DNA of 20,000 nt from Neolecta irregularis DAH-3 (Eukaryota), in contig LXFE01000257.1 in NCBI GenBank assembly GCA_001929475.1, positions 60,967 through 80,966 of the forward strand, in the 5' to 3' direction. The notes beneath the pieces are model-generated. The model was not told the origin of the DNA and made no database searches. It was given only the letters and a program-made list of their open reading frames with translations. Every line of letters starts with the position of its first letter. The stretch's first letter is position 1. A program made the position numbers and the translations under genes. Of this stretch, positions 19,723 through 20,000 are shown one piece after another.

Positions 19723-20000
19723 ATGGTACCGGGCAGCTTCAACATCTTCTCCCCGCAAAAGGCCTACACGCCCGCCCAGAAGAACGCGCTGCGCCATTTC
19801 CTCGACGTCACGCAGTCAAACGAACGCACAGGCCTCAAGCTGCTCAAGGCCTGCCAGTGGAACCCCAGCCTCGCCATCGACCAGTTCTACAGCGCAGGCA
19901 AATCCCCCGCACAGAAATTCAACGCCGCCCCCGTCATCAGGGTCTTTGAGCAATACACAGGCACCCGCACTCCCGCCCGCCTCCCCCGCACTGACCCCCG
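19723..20000 (+). CDS. DCN1: Defective in cullin neddylation protein Dcn1, 5' part
   Basis: M|AYTPAQKNALRHFLDVTQSNERTGLKLLKACQWNPSLAIDQFY...VIRVFEQY is a UBA-like N-terminus followed by the start of the PONY domain. Intron 19726-19761; a probable GC-donor intron starts at 19961. Confidence 0.78.
   Translation, partial: MVPGSFNIFSPQKAYTPAQKNALRHFLDVTQSNERTGLKLLKACQWNPSLAIDQFYSAGKSPAQKFNAAPVIRVFEQYTGTRTPARLPRTDP

Noticed and set aside
18278-19949. Many long overlapping ORFs (469 aa minus strand, 338 aa plus strand, etc.)
   Set aside because: Shadow ORFs caused by stop-codon depletion in very high-GC DNA. They are R/A/G/P-rich with no motifs; CHS7 and DCN1 explain the region.
1-20000. Apparent frameshifts and fragmented ORFs suggesting pseudogenes or recoding
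   Set aside because: All breaks are resolved by 32-56-nt GT/GC-AG introns that restore conserved motifs.

Overview
Very compact fungal (ascomycete) nuclear genome segment. The gene set, density and tiny introns suggest an early-diverging Taphrinomycotina such as Neolecta, but this is an unverified guess. Manual splicing gives 15 protein-coding genes: Pol eta (RAD30, partial), VAC8, RPS29, APC13, a UPF0052/CofD-like gene, FOL3, CWC23, TCTP, IBA57, SNF4, Pex22-like, dienelactone hydrolase, a Clg1/Pcl-like cyclin, CHS7 and DCN1 (partial). The main oddity is the splicing code. Of 49 complete inferred introns, 47 are 32-42 nt (mode 37) and only 16 have G at donor +5. About 5 of 50 donors are GC, and GAG/AAG acceptors occur, which suggests length-driven intron definition. 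Other features: a cryptic GC-AG intron that makes the FOL3 and CWC23 stop codons abut, a 60-bp divergent gap, a GC-rich island with a G-to-C skew switch over CHS7/DCN1, a 33-bp coding triplication in IBA57, a nested palindrome, and a 37-bp intron-sized tandem duplication. All exon and intron coordinates are manual inferences from reading frame and remembered protein motifs, not from RNA data.
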